From assembly GCF_009914755.1 (NCBI RefSeq), contig NC_060926.1: a DNA stretch of 64,000 bases; one strand, written 5' to 3'. A model generated the notes under the pieces. The model saw nothing but the letters and a program-made list of their open reading frames with translations, did not search any database and was not told the origin of the DNA. The translations under genes and the position numbers were made by a program. This stretch comes from the human T2T-CHM13v2.0 reference genome, Homo sapiens. Shown here piece by piece: positions 24,100 through 40,330 of this stretch (positions within the stretch are counted from its first letter, which is position 1; each line of letters begins with the position of its first letter).

Positions 24100-25900
24100 C
24101 TTGGTAGCTAAGGCTTTAACTCTCTTGCACAATTATCCTTGTTCATTGTTTTCTCTCCCCAACAAAGTTCAATTATATTTCACATTTTGGACTTATATCA
24201 ATATTCAGTATTTATATTATTTTTACAAAGCAGTATTGTTTATTGCTGAGCCAAATAGTGGGAAATACTAATTTTACTTTCTGATAAAACTTTTCTTAAT
24301 AAGTTGCCTTACTTTTCTCCATATTGTTTTTCTTATATTGACCTATAATTACTTTTGACCATCCGTCAGCCCCTCAATACCATTTTGCAAATTGTAGAAT
24401 GTACAGGGTAATCAGTTATTTCGATTTCATTAATGAGTGCACCCTTCTTGGAGCTTTGACTCCCCTGTCCACACTGAATGCTTGCTCTCCTGGGCAACTG
24501 CATAGTTGCATTCCCATTGCTCTTGTTCTGAGAATTTCCTTCATTGCCCTCCTGTGTCAGGATCCAATATCTCATGTCTTTCTCTTTGGTTTTATTTTGG
24601 TGAGACACAACCCCAGTATATTCTTGACCTAGTGCATGAAGAAGAGGGTAAAAAGAAATACATACATACATATATGTGTGTGTGTGTGTATGCGTGTATG
24701 CATATATACACACATATGTATATAGTACACATCTGAAAATTCTTTCATCCAGTTTGGCTGGGGGAGAAATTGGTGGTTGAAAATTATTTTTGCTCAACAT
24801 TGTAAGAATATTGTTTATTGTTTCCTAATTTCCAATGTTAGTGAGATGATCAACACCACTTCATATTCTTTATTTTGTGTGTGACCAATTTTTTTCCATC
24901 TAGAATATTTTTAGCATCTATTCCTTATCCTTCATGTTCCAAAATTTTGAAGTGATTTACATTGCTAGACTCATCTTTTTGAGAATCCCTTTAATCAACA
25001 GAATTATATTCTTTCTGTCTATAAAATTGTCTGATATTATTTCTTTGATAATTGCTCTGCCCACTCCCCACACTCAAACTCCCCTGAAAACAAAACAAAA
25101 CAAAAAAACTCTGCCCTTTTTCTTTTTCCTCTCTTTTGGAACTTCTATTGGCAGTATATTAGGTCATTAATGACCTTGTGAAATTGCTGCTATTTCATCA
25201 TTTGATCTACAAAAATGGTAGTTTCATATGATTCAACTTAACATATTTATCCATAAATGTAGCCATATATATTTTTTTCTTCTCTGCATTGTCTTTGTTT
25301 TCTCTAAGTTTTCTCTTAGCATTTATTGACTTTCACCTCTACCTTTGATCCTAGAGTCTCTCCTAAATGTCTGCTGATCCTAGACTAAATGTCTACATTA
25401 AGTAATGAAGCACCTACAAGCCAAGTGTACACTGTGTGTGCTTAGCAGCGACTTGTGGATGGGTGAGCTTCCATGTAGGGAGTCGATATATGAACGCAAC
25501 TATTTCATTGGTAAAATTCTAAATTTTAGTGTCAGTTAACATTTTCTCTGACACTGTACAAAGAAGGATCTTTTAGTCTCTGCCCTCAGTTTATAGGCCT
25601 GGCTGCTGGTCCTCTGAAAAAGAGGATGAGATCTTGACATTTTGCATGCATATTTTTGCTTAGGTCCCCTGTTTTAAATCTAGCTCTATTCTCTGTTTTC
25701 CATTGTGTCCGGTGTTCCCAAATCCAAAGGCTGATTTATTCGATGTATGCAAAGAGTCAATCCCTAGTCTCTTGGAAGAGGTGGTCACTGGGCTATCTGG
25801 GAGTAGAACTAAGTTCCTGAAGGCCCAAATGTCCCCTGTGTGGCCTTTCACCCTGAGGTGAGCCATCTCTAGGTCTGTTGTAGGTGTTTACTGAACTCAA
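24100..25900 (-). mobile_element. Highly diverged L1M/HAL1-like sequence with a (TA/TG/CA)n tract at ~24660-24730
   Basis: cagtttggctgggggagaaattggtggttgaaaattatttt...tttcctaatttccaatgtt is typical reverse-strand old L1 ORF1 region; limits uncertain. Confidence 0.5.
25157..25243. mobile_element. MADE2 (Hsmar2-derived MITE)
   Basis: tattaggt...tgaaattgct...tttgatctacaaaaatggtagtttcatatgattcaacttaa matches MADE2 with diverged TIRs. Confidence 0.8.
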
Positions 25901-27707
25901 AAGAGTATCTTGGCAAGAGTTTCTTCCTAGGACCCTAGGACAGATCTCTGCATGATAATAGGATAATAGGGATCTTCTGCTTTGTGAATTTCTTGCACAT
26001 GAAGCTGTTTTCCGACAATTCCAATGTACTTGTGTGGGAGAAATGCAGAGACCCTGACAGCTGGATACTCCCTTGTATCTCTGTTTTGGAATTAGCTTTG
26101 GAATGATTTGCTAGTACCAATGGAAAAAAAAGAATCTTGAACCAAGTCTGAGTTGTCATTCTCACAAATCTTCAAAGACAGGCTGACCCTTCTTTGGTCT
26201 GACTCTTGATCACTCCATTTTCAGCTCCATACTTCAGTCGCTCATTTTGGAGTACTCGAAACAATTTCTGAGACCATCTGTCATTGCCATTTTCTGAGGC
26301 CCTGTGGTTGACTACATATTGGTATCCATCTCTGCAGGCATGTAAGATTTAGGTTCTTCTCTTCACTTTCAGTCATTATAAATTTTATTAGCATTTCTTC
26401 TTAATTAATTGTTTTCTCCACTTCTGGTTACTTGACTGCTACAGATTTATAACTTTTTCTTTTCTTTACACTTATTGTGGTAGGATTTGAAGTGGAGGCA
26501 AATATAAATGCATGTATCCTCTGCCACGTTTATCTAGTGGTCTTAGATCTTACACTTTAAAAATGTTTTTAATTAAAGTGTTATATACATACAATAAAAT
26601 TTACCCATCCTAAGTGCACAATTTAATAACATCTTAAGACCTTCGATGTTTCAAATATCCTACTCATTAGTCAAATGCAGACCCATCATAATTACATATG
26701 TCTTTTTCTACCTTAATCTCACACAGATAAATATATGCATTCTTCCTGGTGAGAGTGGCAGAGGAGTTATATGCCCTTACCACTCAAAAGAAAACAATTG
26801 TAGATATTTTTTGGGCACAGATCTGAATGAAAATAAGTGGGAGACCAGTGTGCTTGACAATATAGTTAACTATGTTGGCCAATATCAGAGCTATTTTTTG
26901 TGGATAAGCAACCATGCCAAAAACCAGAATATACTATAACATACTACTCAATAATTTTTAATTGGCTACTATCATTTTTCAAAAAGTAAGAAACAAGGAG
27001 AAAGTAAATCTACTAGTTTTCCTGAAGCAAGAGAAGAGGAAAATGAGAAAATTGAGATTTGACCAACTGATTTCTGCCCAAAGTGGTACAAATGACTGTG
27101 TAAAAACATCAGAGAGGCTAAATATTTGTGGCAGACGCTCTTTTAATGGCTGCTGATAAAGCATGAAAATCACTTTGAGAGCATCTGATACATTTCTTAC
27201 AAATACCCACTGCTCTCTTTGTAAATATTGGGGGAGAGAAGTATACAATATATCTTTCCAAATTTCTAAACATATGTGTTTTAATATTCTTAATTTTAAA
27301 GTGTACAGAGATACAAATATCTTGTATTTATCTTCAGCAAACAAGTCTTTATCTGCTAGTTGGAACTACAAACTCAAATGCCTACAGAAGCCAGGCTGGC
27401 ATATAAACATGGATGTAAGTAAATAGGGAGTGTTGAATTGCAGAATGGCATAGCCTCCTAAAGGCACTCAAATTTAAAATATGTTAAAGATGTATAAATA
27501 AAAAGAAACAAAAAATTAAAAACAATTAAGTTTAAAAACAGAAAATTAAATAAAGTAAATCCAACTTTTAGGGCCTTGTTGACTGAAGGTCACCAGTTTA
27601 ACTTCTAGTTTAGGAAATGGTGGGTGAGTTGCTCCCAGCTCAAAGGAGCAGCAGATTATGTTCGCCATCTAATTCTCAACTAAACATTCACTTAACTTTC
27701 TCATGTA

Positions 27708-28011
27708 GGCTGGGTGCGTGGCTTATGCCTGTAATTCCAGCACTTTGGGAGGCTGAGGTGGGAGGATTGCTTGAGGCCAGGAATTTGAGACTAGCCTGGG
27801 CAACATAGTGAGACCCCCATCTCTCCAAAAAAAATTTATTAAAAAGTATCCAAGCATGGTGGCACATGTCTGTAATCACAACTGCTCAGGAGGCTGTGGC
27901 AGGAGTGTCACTTGCTCCCAGGAGTTCAAGGCTGCAGTGAGCTAGGATTGTAGCACTGTACTCCAGCCAAGGTGACAGATCAAGACTCTATCTCTTGAAA
28001 ACAAAACAAAA
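27708..28011 (+). mobile_element. AluJo-like, full length
   Basis: ggctgggtgcgtggct...gaggccaggaatttgagactagcctgggcaacatagtgagaccc...ggctgcagtgagctag; (CAAAA)n tail. Confidence 0.93.
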
Positions 28012-28199
28012 CCCTCCTATTCAATCCTAGTCCGGCTTTGATTCCTTGCTCAGAATATGTTTCTCCCCTTTCCTGCTTCTCTAGTGTTCACTCTTACGCC
28101 TGTATCTCCTTCTTCTTTCTTCTTCCCCCTTACCTTGCCCCTCCTCAACTCACCAAAGTGGAATGGAATGAAGAGTTTTGTGCTTACTTATTCCTATAA

Positions 28200-28510
28200 G
28201 TGTTGCATCAAGTTGAATACCCCAATGGGCTCATCTCCCTTGTTAGAAACCTGTGAAGGGTTTTCCTTACCTGTAGTCCAAAGCCCATACTGCTCAGCCT
28301 GCTGCTCAAGCCCTTCCACTGATCCAGGCTTGCTTTGCCAGACTTTCCTCCCAGGACAGCACTTCCTCCAGTGTCGCAGATCCACAAGACCACCTCAGCC
28401 AGCCATCACACCATGCAGACTGCTTACTCTCCACCAGTCATCCTTGTTCCTTCATTTTGCCTGGAACATGTCTTGAATATTGAAGGTGCTTAATAAGCAT
28501 GAGGTGAATT
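28200..28510 (+). mobile_element. L2 fragment
   Basis: tgttagaaacctgtgaagggttttcc...tttgcctggaaca...gtgcttaataagc. Confidence 0.5.
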
Positions 28511-30379
28511 TTAATTTTGTTATCAGTTTGAAAGCAAATGAGTTGAATTATTATTATTTCTCAATTTACTATTTTAAAGCCAATTAAATTAAATCACATT
28601 TTGTTTATGGTTCATTTTTTTTCCTCCTTAACAACATCAAAATAAAGACTTTTTAAAAAGTATGAAAGGCATCCTTGTCTGCATTTCCATGTCCTGTGGC
28701 TTTATCAGTCTGATTAGACAGATGGCACTAGGTGTTTGATTCTGGCATGAGGTTAATGGGCATGGATAAGAAACAAGAGGTGAAATAGACCTCCAACTTC
28801 AGAAATTGTTGACTAGTAGACCGTAGTTCACTTTCACTGCTAAGAGCATTTGCTGCCAATGTTTTAATCATTCTGGGCTCTTCTCCACTACATGAATTTG
28901 CTATATAAATTTTTATTTTTTCATTCACATAGTACACCCTTTCTTTGCCCAGTTCTCTGAATAGAATCTTGCAAAGATAGTAAACAGACATTTCTTAGCC
29001 ATTTACAAAGGGCTTTTTCTGGTCTAAGAAGTCCACAATTTAGACACTAATGAAATATGAAATATGTCACATTATACTTTGAAAATGACTTGAGTCAATG
29101 TCAAATATGTCAAATGAGTGTTCAGGGAATTTCAAGGATCTTACCCAAATTTTATGTCTACTTTATAGAATCTCTTTTCTGCACTTATATGTCCTGATGT
29201 TTTTATAGACATTAATATCAAAAGAACAATTTAGATTGTTTAAAAAAATCTAAAGTCTGATTTATCTTTGAGACATACTTCAGAACACAAACCAATTTTG
29301 GTATGGTAATATCATGTCAATATTTTTTGACAGAAGACAAATGTTGTTATTATTTCACCATTTCTTACCTTTGTAAAAGTTTAGAATTTTACAAAATGAC
29401 TCTTCTTTACATGGCAAAATAGTAATTTGATGAAAATAAGAAAAGTTGCAATTTTTATGTCTGGTGGCAATGATGAATCATCCAGGTATGTTGGGTTATA
29501 AATGGGGCACAAACCATATTGACATTTTTTAAAAGTAAATACAATTTTAATGGAGAAATGTGTCTTTTCACCAAAATCACAGATTACATTGTTTTTAGAA
29601 AAGCTTACTTTGACTTGTTCCACTTCTCATTTGATTGGATATTCTCCATGATAGAAGATTGAAAGTAGGACTATCTTAAAGGCATCAGTCTCTATCCAGT
29701 AGTTCATTGTCTGTAATATAAAATAAACAGTGGGGGAATTAGCACCTAGAAAAATTGTGAAAGAGATAAGACTATGCTTCAGGCTGTCTACCTTTTCTTT
29801 TCTAAGCTCTTTTCTATAACTCCTTTCCTATTATCCACCCCCATCACTCACACAGAGTCACTCAGTATTCTTACACTGTTTTAGTCCTTTCACAGAGGAA
29901 ATCTGATATATTCTTTCAGGACAGGTACTTAGAAATTTTATGTGCTGCAATGATCAGGAGATTCAAACTTAATAAAAAAGCCTAAGAAGAAAGACAATGA
30001 AGACAATGCACAACTCAGTAATTGTAGAATTCCGAGATATAATTTGGGGTGAACCTTCCAGCACTTTAATCTCAAAATATAAATGACAGGTCTTTCATGG
30101 AGGCAGTATGTTCGTGAACTTTATCGGGGAACGATAGAATTCGGTTAGTATTTTATGTGTGATCTGGAGCTTGAGATCAGAAAATGTGGCCCAGCTTTGG
30201 TGTTCTGAGTCTTTTCGTCAGAGTACTCGCAGTATTTATTCCCTTTTTCCAAAAGAGTATTTCACCTACTAGTTCTGCCCCACCTCTTTCTACAAACCCA
30301 TTTCTAGTGCAATCTACTTCGTTATCTTCAAAGGACAGGAGCATATCTTGTGGAATTTTTCTTATCTCTATATAAGCAG

Positions 30380-31030
30380 TTTTCCAAAATAACTAACCCA
30401 TTCAAGTTCCTCTGTAAAACAAAATGATTCCCATGGAACACTTAACTCCTTAGTTAATCCCTAGAATGATCACAAAATTATTTTCCCATTTATTTAGTTA
30501 TTTGTTCCAAAACCTTTTGTTCTATTTGAAATTGTTATTGTAATTAAGTAATTTAATTAGGTAATACATTATTTTAAAAGAATAAAATAAAATAGTATGC
30601 AAATATGAAAGTTTAAAAAAGGGAGTTCATTGTGCCTATAAAAATAAATCAAATGTTTTGCAAAGACTCAGTAACTATTAGTCAGAAAAAAAATTGCATT
30701 GGAATAAAGAAGGGTAAAAATAATTCACAAAAAGTAAAAGAATTCTCGACCTGGATTGCTTTGCAAAATTTTTAAGATTTTGTTTGTTTGTTTCATTGTA
30801 AAGAAGTAAAACAGAAAATTTGGACAACTCATTATGGATGTGGTTTATATGAGAAACAGAATTATAATCATGGACCCAGAGTCAAAGACAAGTCCTTTGT
30901 CAAATAATTGCCATATGAATGTGCATTTATATGTCTAATATTTAGAATTGCTTAAAGTATGTTTGCGACTTCTTATGAGCCCAATTTAATATTCTATTAT
31001 TACTGTTATTATTATTAAATGATCAGCTAC
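30380..31030 (+). mobile_element. Tigger-family DNA transposon remnant (Tigger13a-like)
   Basis: Decayed pogo/CENP-B-type transposase N-terminus: aatgttttgcaaagactc...aaaaaaattgc...gattgctttgcaa...cattatggatgtggtttat...ggaccca...caaaga. Confidence 0.65.
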
Positions 31031-31651
31031 TGATGCAATCACCCTGAGAAGCAGGCTTCTACAGAATGTCAGTGGAGGAGCTCCTTTGGCTGGCAAACTA
31101 ACATCATGGGAAGTCAGAGCATATGCTATGAAGCTGGGAGTGGAAAAAAAAGCTGCTGATCTAAGAAAAAAATCCACCCTTTCTGGCTATTTCTTATATA
31201 CAGTACTAATATTTTTAGAGACAACACAATACATAAATACCTCTATGAAAGAGAATATACAAAGTGATGGGTGATCGAGATCAAGTTTCATAAGTGGGGA
31301 GAGGAGAAAAAGCAGACAGCTGTCTGTGGTTTCTGTAGAAGTGGTGTCTCAATGGGTGTGTAACAAGTAAGAATTCAGAATGAGGGTTGGTTTATCTATA
31401 TTGTGATTGAGTTGAATCTCCAATACCTAATCAATGAAGTCAAGGATAGGCAGGATTTATGTTGCACTCACTGAGGGTCAGGTCATGTAATATGTGCCTG
31501 GGAGACACAGCAACAGGCAGCACTGGAGGAAACAGGCTCCCACCATGGTCAGGTTTCTCCTTCCCTCAATAGCTGTCATGAATGCAAAGGGGAGAATTAA
31601 CATTTTATTCAAGAAGGACTTCATTGAACCTGAGACCATCACTAAAGCCAT

Positions 31652-31993
31652 TGCTATAGTCTGAATGTTTGTATCCCCCCAAAATTTATATGTTGAAATC
31701 CTAACCTCCAAGGTGATAGTATTTGGAGGCATGAACTTTTGGGAAGTGATGAGGCCATGAGTGTGGAGCCCTCAGGAATGGGATTAGTGACCCTGTGAAA
31801 GAGACCACATAGAGCTAGTACCCTTTTCTACCATGTGAGGACACAGCAAGAAGGCACCGTCTATGAACCAGAAATCGGGCCCTCTCCAGACACCAAATCT
31901 TAGACTTCCCAGCTCCAGAACCGAAATAATAAATTTCTGTTGTTTGTAATACCAAGTCTATGCTATTTTGTTATAACAGCTCAGAGTAAGACA
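31652..31993 (+). mobile_element. MaLR solo LTR (MLT1A0-like)
   Basis: tgctatagtctgaatgtttgtatcccccc...taagaca with perfect 5-bp TSD GCCAT (31647-31651, 31994-31998). Confidence 0.93.
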
Positions 31994-32326
31994 GCCATCT
32001 ACTACTTCAAAAACATAACTTCTTTTGTTTGATTGTTTTCTCATTTCTCTTCCAACTAAAATCTAACCTCCATGGGCAATAAACATATTTCTTATGCCTA
32101 GAAAAAAGCCTAAAATATTGATAATATTCAATAAATGTTTACTGAATCATGATTTTGATTTTTTTTCCACCTTATTAACCTACCCTGCCCTTGTTTTCTC
32201 TTCCACCTGTCTTTTAGTTCTGACAACAATCCTCAGATCTCTCTATGGTCAATAAAGACAGTCAGAATTAAAGGCTTTTATCACTCCCCAAGATTATGAT
32301 TTTTGTTATTATTTCACAAATAGCAC

Positions 32327-32732
32327 TGTTAAAACTTCAGACAAATTAAATTTAGCCGAGTTTAATTGAGCAAGAAAAAACAAACAATAACAAAAAAATG
32401 ATTCATGAATCAGAATTAGAGTAGAATCAGACAGACTCCAGGCATGCCTCCTCGTCAAAACAAATTTATAGACAAAAAAAGGAAAATGATGTACAGAAAT
32501 CGGAAGTGAGGTACAGAAACAGCAGGATTGGTTACAGGTTGGTATTTGCCTTATTTGAACACAGTTTGAGCATTCAGCAGTGTATGAGTGATTGAAGTAT
32601 GACTTCTGGGATTGGCCAAGACTCAGCGATTGTTACAGATGCATATTCCTAAATTACGTTACCATTGATCCACAAGGACTCAAATATAGAAGTACGGAGT
32701 CTTTCTCAGGCCATATTTAGTTTGCTTTAACC
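32327..32732 (-). mobile_element. ERV1 solo LTR (MER57-like)
   Basis: tgttaaaac...gagtttaattgagcaa...cagaaatcggaagtgaggtacagaaacagc...gattggttacag...ctcaggccatatttagtttgctttaac. Confidence 0.85.
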
Positions 32733-32814
32733 ACACTCTGCACGGTGTTAAAAATTATTTTGAGGATCCTTGAATGGAAGGCAATGAGAGGGTAGATATG
32801 AATATACCACCTCT

Positions 32815-33262
32815 ATGTTAGGCCAAGTTTCCCAGAAGCGGATGCTTAGACAAGGATTTGTACACAAATGATTTATTAGAAGAATGGTGCCAGTAGAAAC
32901 AGGTAAGGCAGTGGGAGATGTTGGATCAGGAGAAGTGCTACCCTAACCTCAGCCTGATCTCATGGGGAGCTCTAGAGATTAAAGACTACAGAGGGCTTCC
33001 CCCTCCTCCTTCCTGCCAGGGCAAGGAATCAGATAATTGTACCCTGTCTTCTGTCAGTCAATAGCTACAGACCTCCCCAGATGCTACGTAAATTCTAAGA
33101 TGCTTCCAGGAAAGTGGCACTAAGAGTCCAAGTCCAAGTCCTCTGAGGAATGTTGCTGGAGTAAGTGTTGCTGGAGTAAGCTGTAACAGCTAACACGTAG
33201 AGGCTGCTGTATGGACACACAAAACCAGCAAGAGGGATCCAGAGGAGCTGACAAAAACATGA
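32815..33262 (-). mobile_element. ERVL LTR (LTR16-like)
   Basis: tttcccagaagcggatgcttagacaaggatttg...tgatttatt...cagcctgatctcatggggagctct...ggatccagaggagctg. Confidence 0.7.
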
Positions 33263-35099
33263 ATATCTCTTAATGCCAAAAGCTATACTGAACAAAAGAC
33301 TCACTTGTCACCTTCTCGTCTGGTTGGTGAAGGCACATACATGGCTATACAGCATTCTTCAGGGTTCCACCTGATACTTTCGTTCCTGTGTAGAGTTCTC
33401 CCGGTTACTCACACTGACCAAATGCTTTCACTATGAGCTCTGCCTCTACAATCTATTTTATTGTTAGATCACTACCATTATAGGAGAGAATAGTCCATTG
33501 ATTACTCTATGCTTTTCTTAGCTTGGGCTAGGGACATTTTTAATGTTTCTAAAATAAGTCCCATGTGGTTAGGTGTGAAAATTAAAATGACCCATTAACA
33601 ACTGTAATGTGCTATAAGATTTGGATTCCTACTAATTACTGTAATCTATCTCCCAGCTTCACTGAGTATGTAAATGAGAAAAATTATTACACAGCTTCTT
33701 TACTGAAACTGCGACTATTCTCTAACATCTAATATGCAGTCTGAGATGGATTTCTAAAAATGACAGAGTAAGGATGCCAATCTTAGCATAAGTATACTAA
33801 CATCTGTTCTACATTTCTTTAATTATTTTGACATTCTTATTACTATTTATAAAAAAGTAATGTTTTTCTTCAGAAATGAAACTTTGTTTAGTTTTATCTT
33901 TCACTTAGAAGCAACAATGGTCATATAATTATAACCTCTTTATATATCATAATATGCATATATTATACATAATACATACACATAAATATATATGTCTAGA
34001 GGTCAGTATTGTAGCAAATAATCAAAACACAAACACGCTTTACTAAGAAAAATTGTTTTAAATGTCATGCTCTACAATGAAAAAAGGCCACAAAGCCCTT
34101 ATGTCCTTATTATCCTATTCTTTGAATATAAAATCAAAATTACTTATTTAATAATCTTAGTTACCTTTTTCATTAGAAAACTAATATTATTTGCCAAACT
34201 AATCCAGAGAGATTATTAACAAGTATGGTATGAGAAGGAGTTTCTGGACCCTGACATAGTTACAGATGATAGGAAGGCAACAGAAACACTAACTGAATAG
34301 TCTGACAGACATGTGGTCTTGTATATGCAAATATTTTTTTTAATTCTCATAATGAACTATGACATTAGATTCATGGTACTGTTTATTAAAAGTGTAACTT
34401 TAATAGATTTCCATCAAAATAGTTACATATTTTGAGTCTTTGATAAATATGTTATTTTGCAAATTTCGCTCATGTAAAGTATTTCATTCCTGAAAATAGA
34501 GGAAAAATTAAATACTGTCATCTGCCTGTCTTGAAGTAGTATGAGGTTATATTTGCATTAATATTCACACATACCTCAAATAACTAGGATTTTTATGCAT
34601 AGATGAATTTCTAATCAACAGGGTAAAGATACAACATGCATGAAAAGGTTTTCAGTTTTGCTACATTCCAAATTACTGAATTCAAACAGAAAGTGAAGGG
34701 AGTGAACCCCTTAGGTAAAAGTATTCACTTTGTATATATCAAAGTGGACATGTCACCAAAGTGGACATGTATATAACATGCTTCAGAGTATTTCAAAACA
34801 TGAGCTGTGTGATCAGAGAGTAACTTAGGCTTATGTCAGGCCAGATGCTCTCCTGAATGTGTTTATTAAAGTGGTTAATTCGAATAAAAACACCTGAGGA
34901 GGACCTTCACCCTGCCCACATACTGTGAGGTATTTACCTCCAATATTGGTTCACTGACGAAACACACACCTTAGGGAGAGAGGAAAGTAAGTTATAAACC
35001 TGATGCAGATTCCCCACTGAAGACATTTCTCTACTAAGTACTCCTAGTTAGACTTTTACCTTGATGCAAATTCATGGTGGTATGGTTTCTGGGTTAGTG

Positions 35100-35225
35100 T
35101 GATTCTGCTAGACTATGAGTTCCAAAAGAACAAGACCTTGACTTTGTGTTCACTGCATTTATCTAACATTTAAATAAAACACTGGGAGATACTCGTCTTA
35201 TGATAACATTAGATGAATGAACAAA
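35100..35225 (+). mobile_element. L2 3' tail
   Basis: ctagactatgagttcc...aagacc...tgttcactgc...atgaatgaac. Confidence 0.6.
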
Positions 35226-35974
35226 CTATCCAGTGTCACCCTGAACACATCCCTTTCCATGAAATAAGGAAATGGCACTGAAATCAACTCTTAGAAAATG
35301 GATCCAAGAATAAACAGGAATGATGTTCCATGAAGCTGAAAAATACAGGAAAGCTGGGAGCAGAGGAGGTTTATGCTGCAGTATGAGGACTGCAAAGACC
35401 AACTACATACAAAACAATCTTGATACTCAGACTTTGAGGTACCTACTTTATTGTTCCCACAGAGGCTAGTCTTTCTGATATGCAATAAATTAGAAACTGA
35501 AAATGCAAATTTGTCATTCAATTTGCATTTATTGTGGTAGCATACTTAATCCCTGAAAAGATCCATAGAACTCAAATAAGCAACTGCAAAGAAAATATTA
35601 GAACTGTGATAAGTGGGCAACAAAATTAGAAGACAGATCAGCTCATCTCTAACATTCCTATAGCAACTTAGGATTTGAACTTTCATGAAAAGTTCTAATG
35701 TGTTGGAAAGAACAACATCATAGCAATACCCCGACTCCTTTTTAGAAACAGCTTTCAATCTCCTCTTCATAACCAGGACAGATAGCACTCATTTCTAGGG
35801 CACATTGTCAAAGGTGTGTCTGTGCTTATTCAAAGCATAATGCTGTTTATAACTGTATCTAATTCTCTGACACTCAAAATCCACACTGAAATTTTAGAAA
35901 TATAAATGTGATCTTATTTTATGGATAAGTTTTAATCTACCTTGTTTATCTTAAAATAGTAAAGTACAAGGAAT

Positions 35975-40330
<4,356 letters not shown>

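Noticed and set aside
24366-28476. 144-aa, 121-aa and 139-aa ORFs
   Set aside because: They overlap old L1/L2 remnants, microsatellite or AT-rich DNA, with no recognisable domain or exon structure
33152-34772. Short local duplications (gttgctggagtaag x2 near 33153; caaagtggacatgt x2 near 34740)
   Set aside because: Ordinary 14-17-bp slippage products with no further structure
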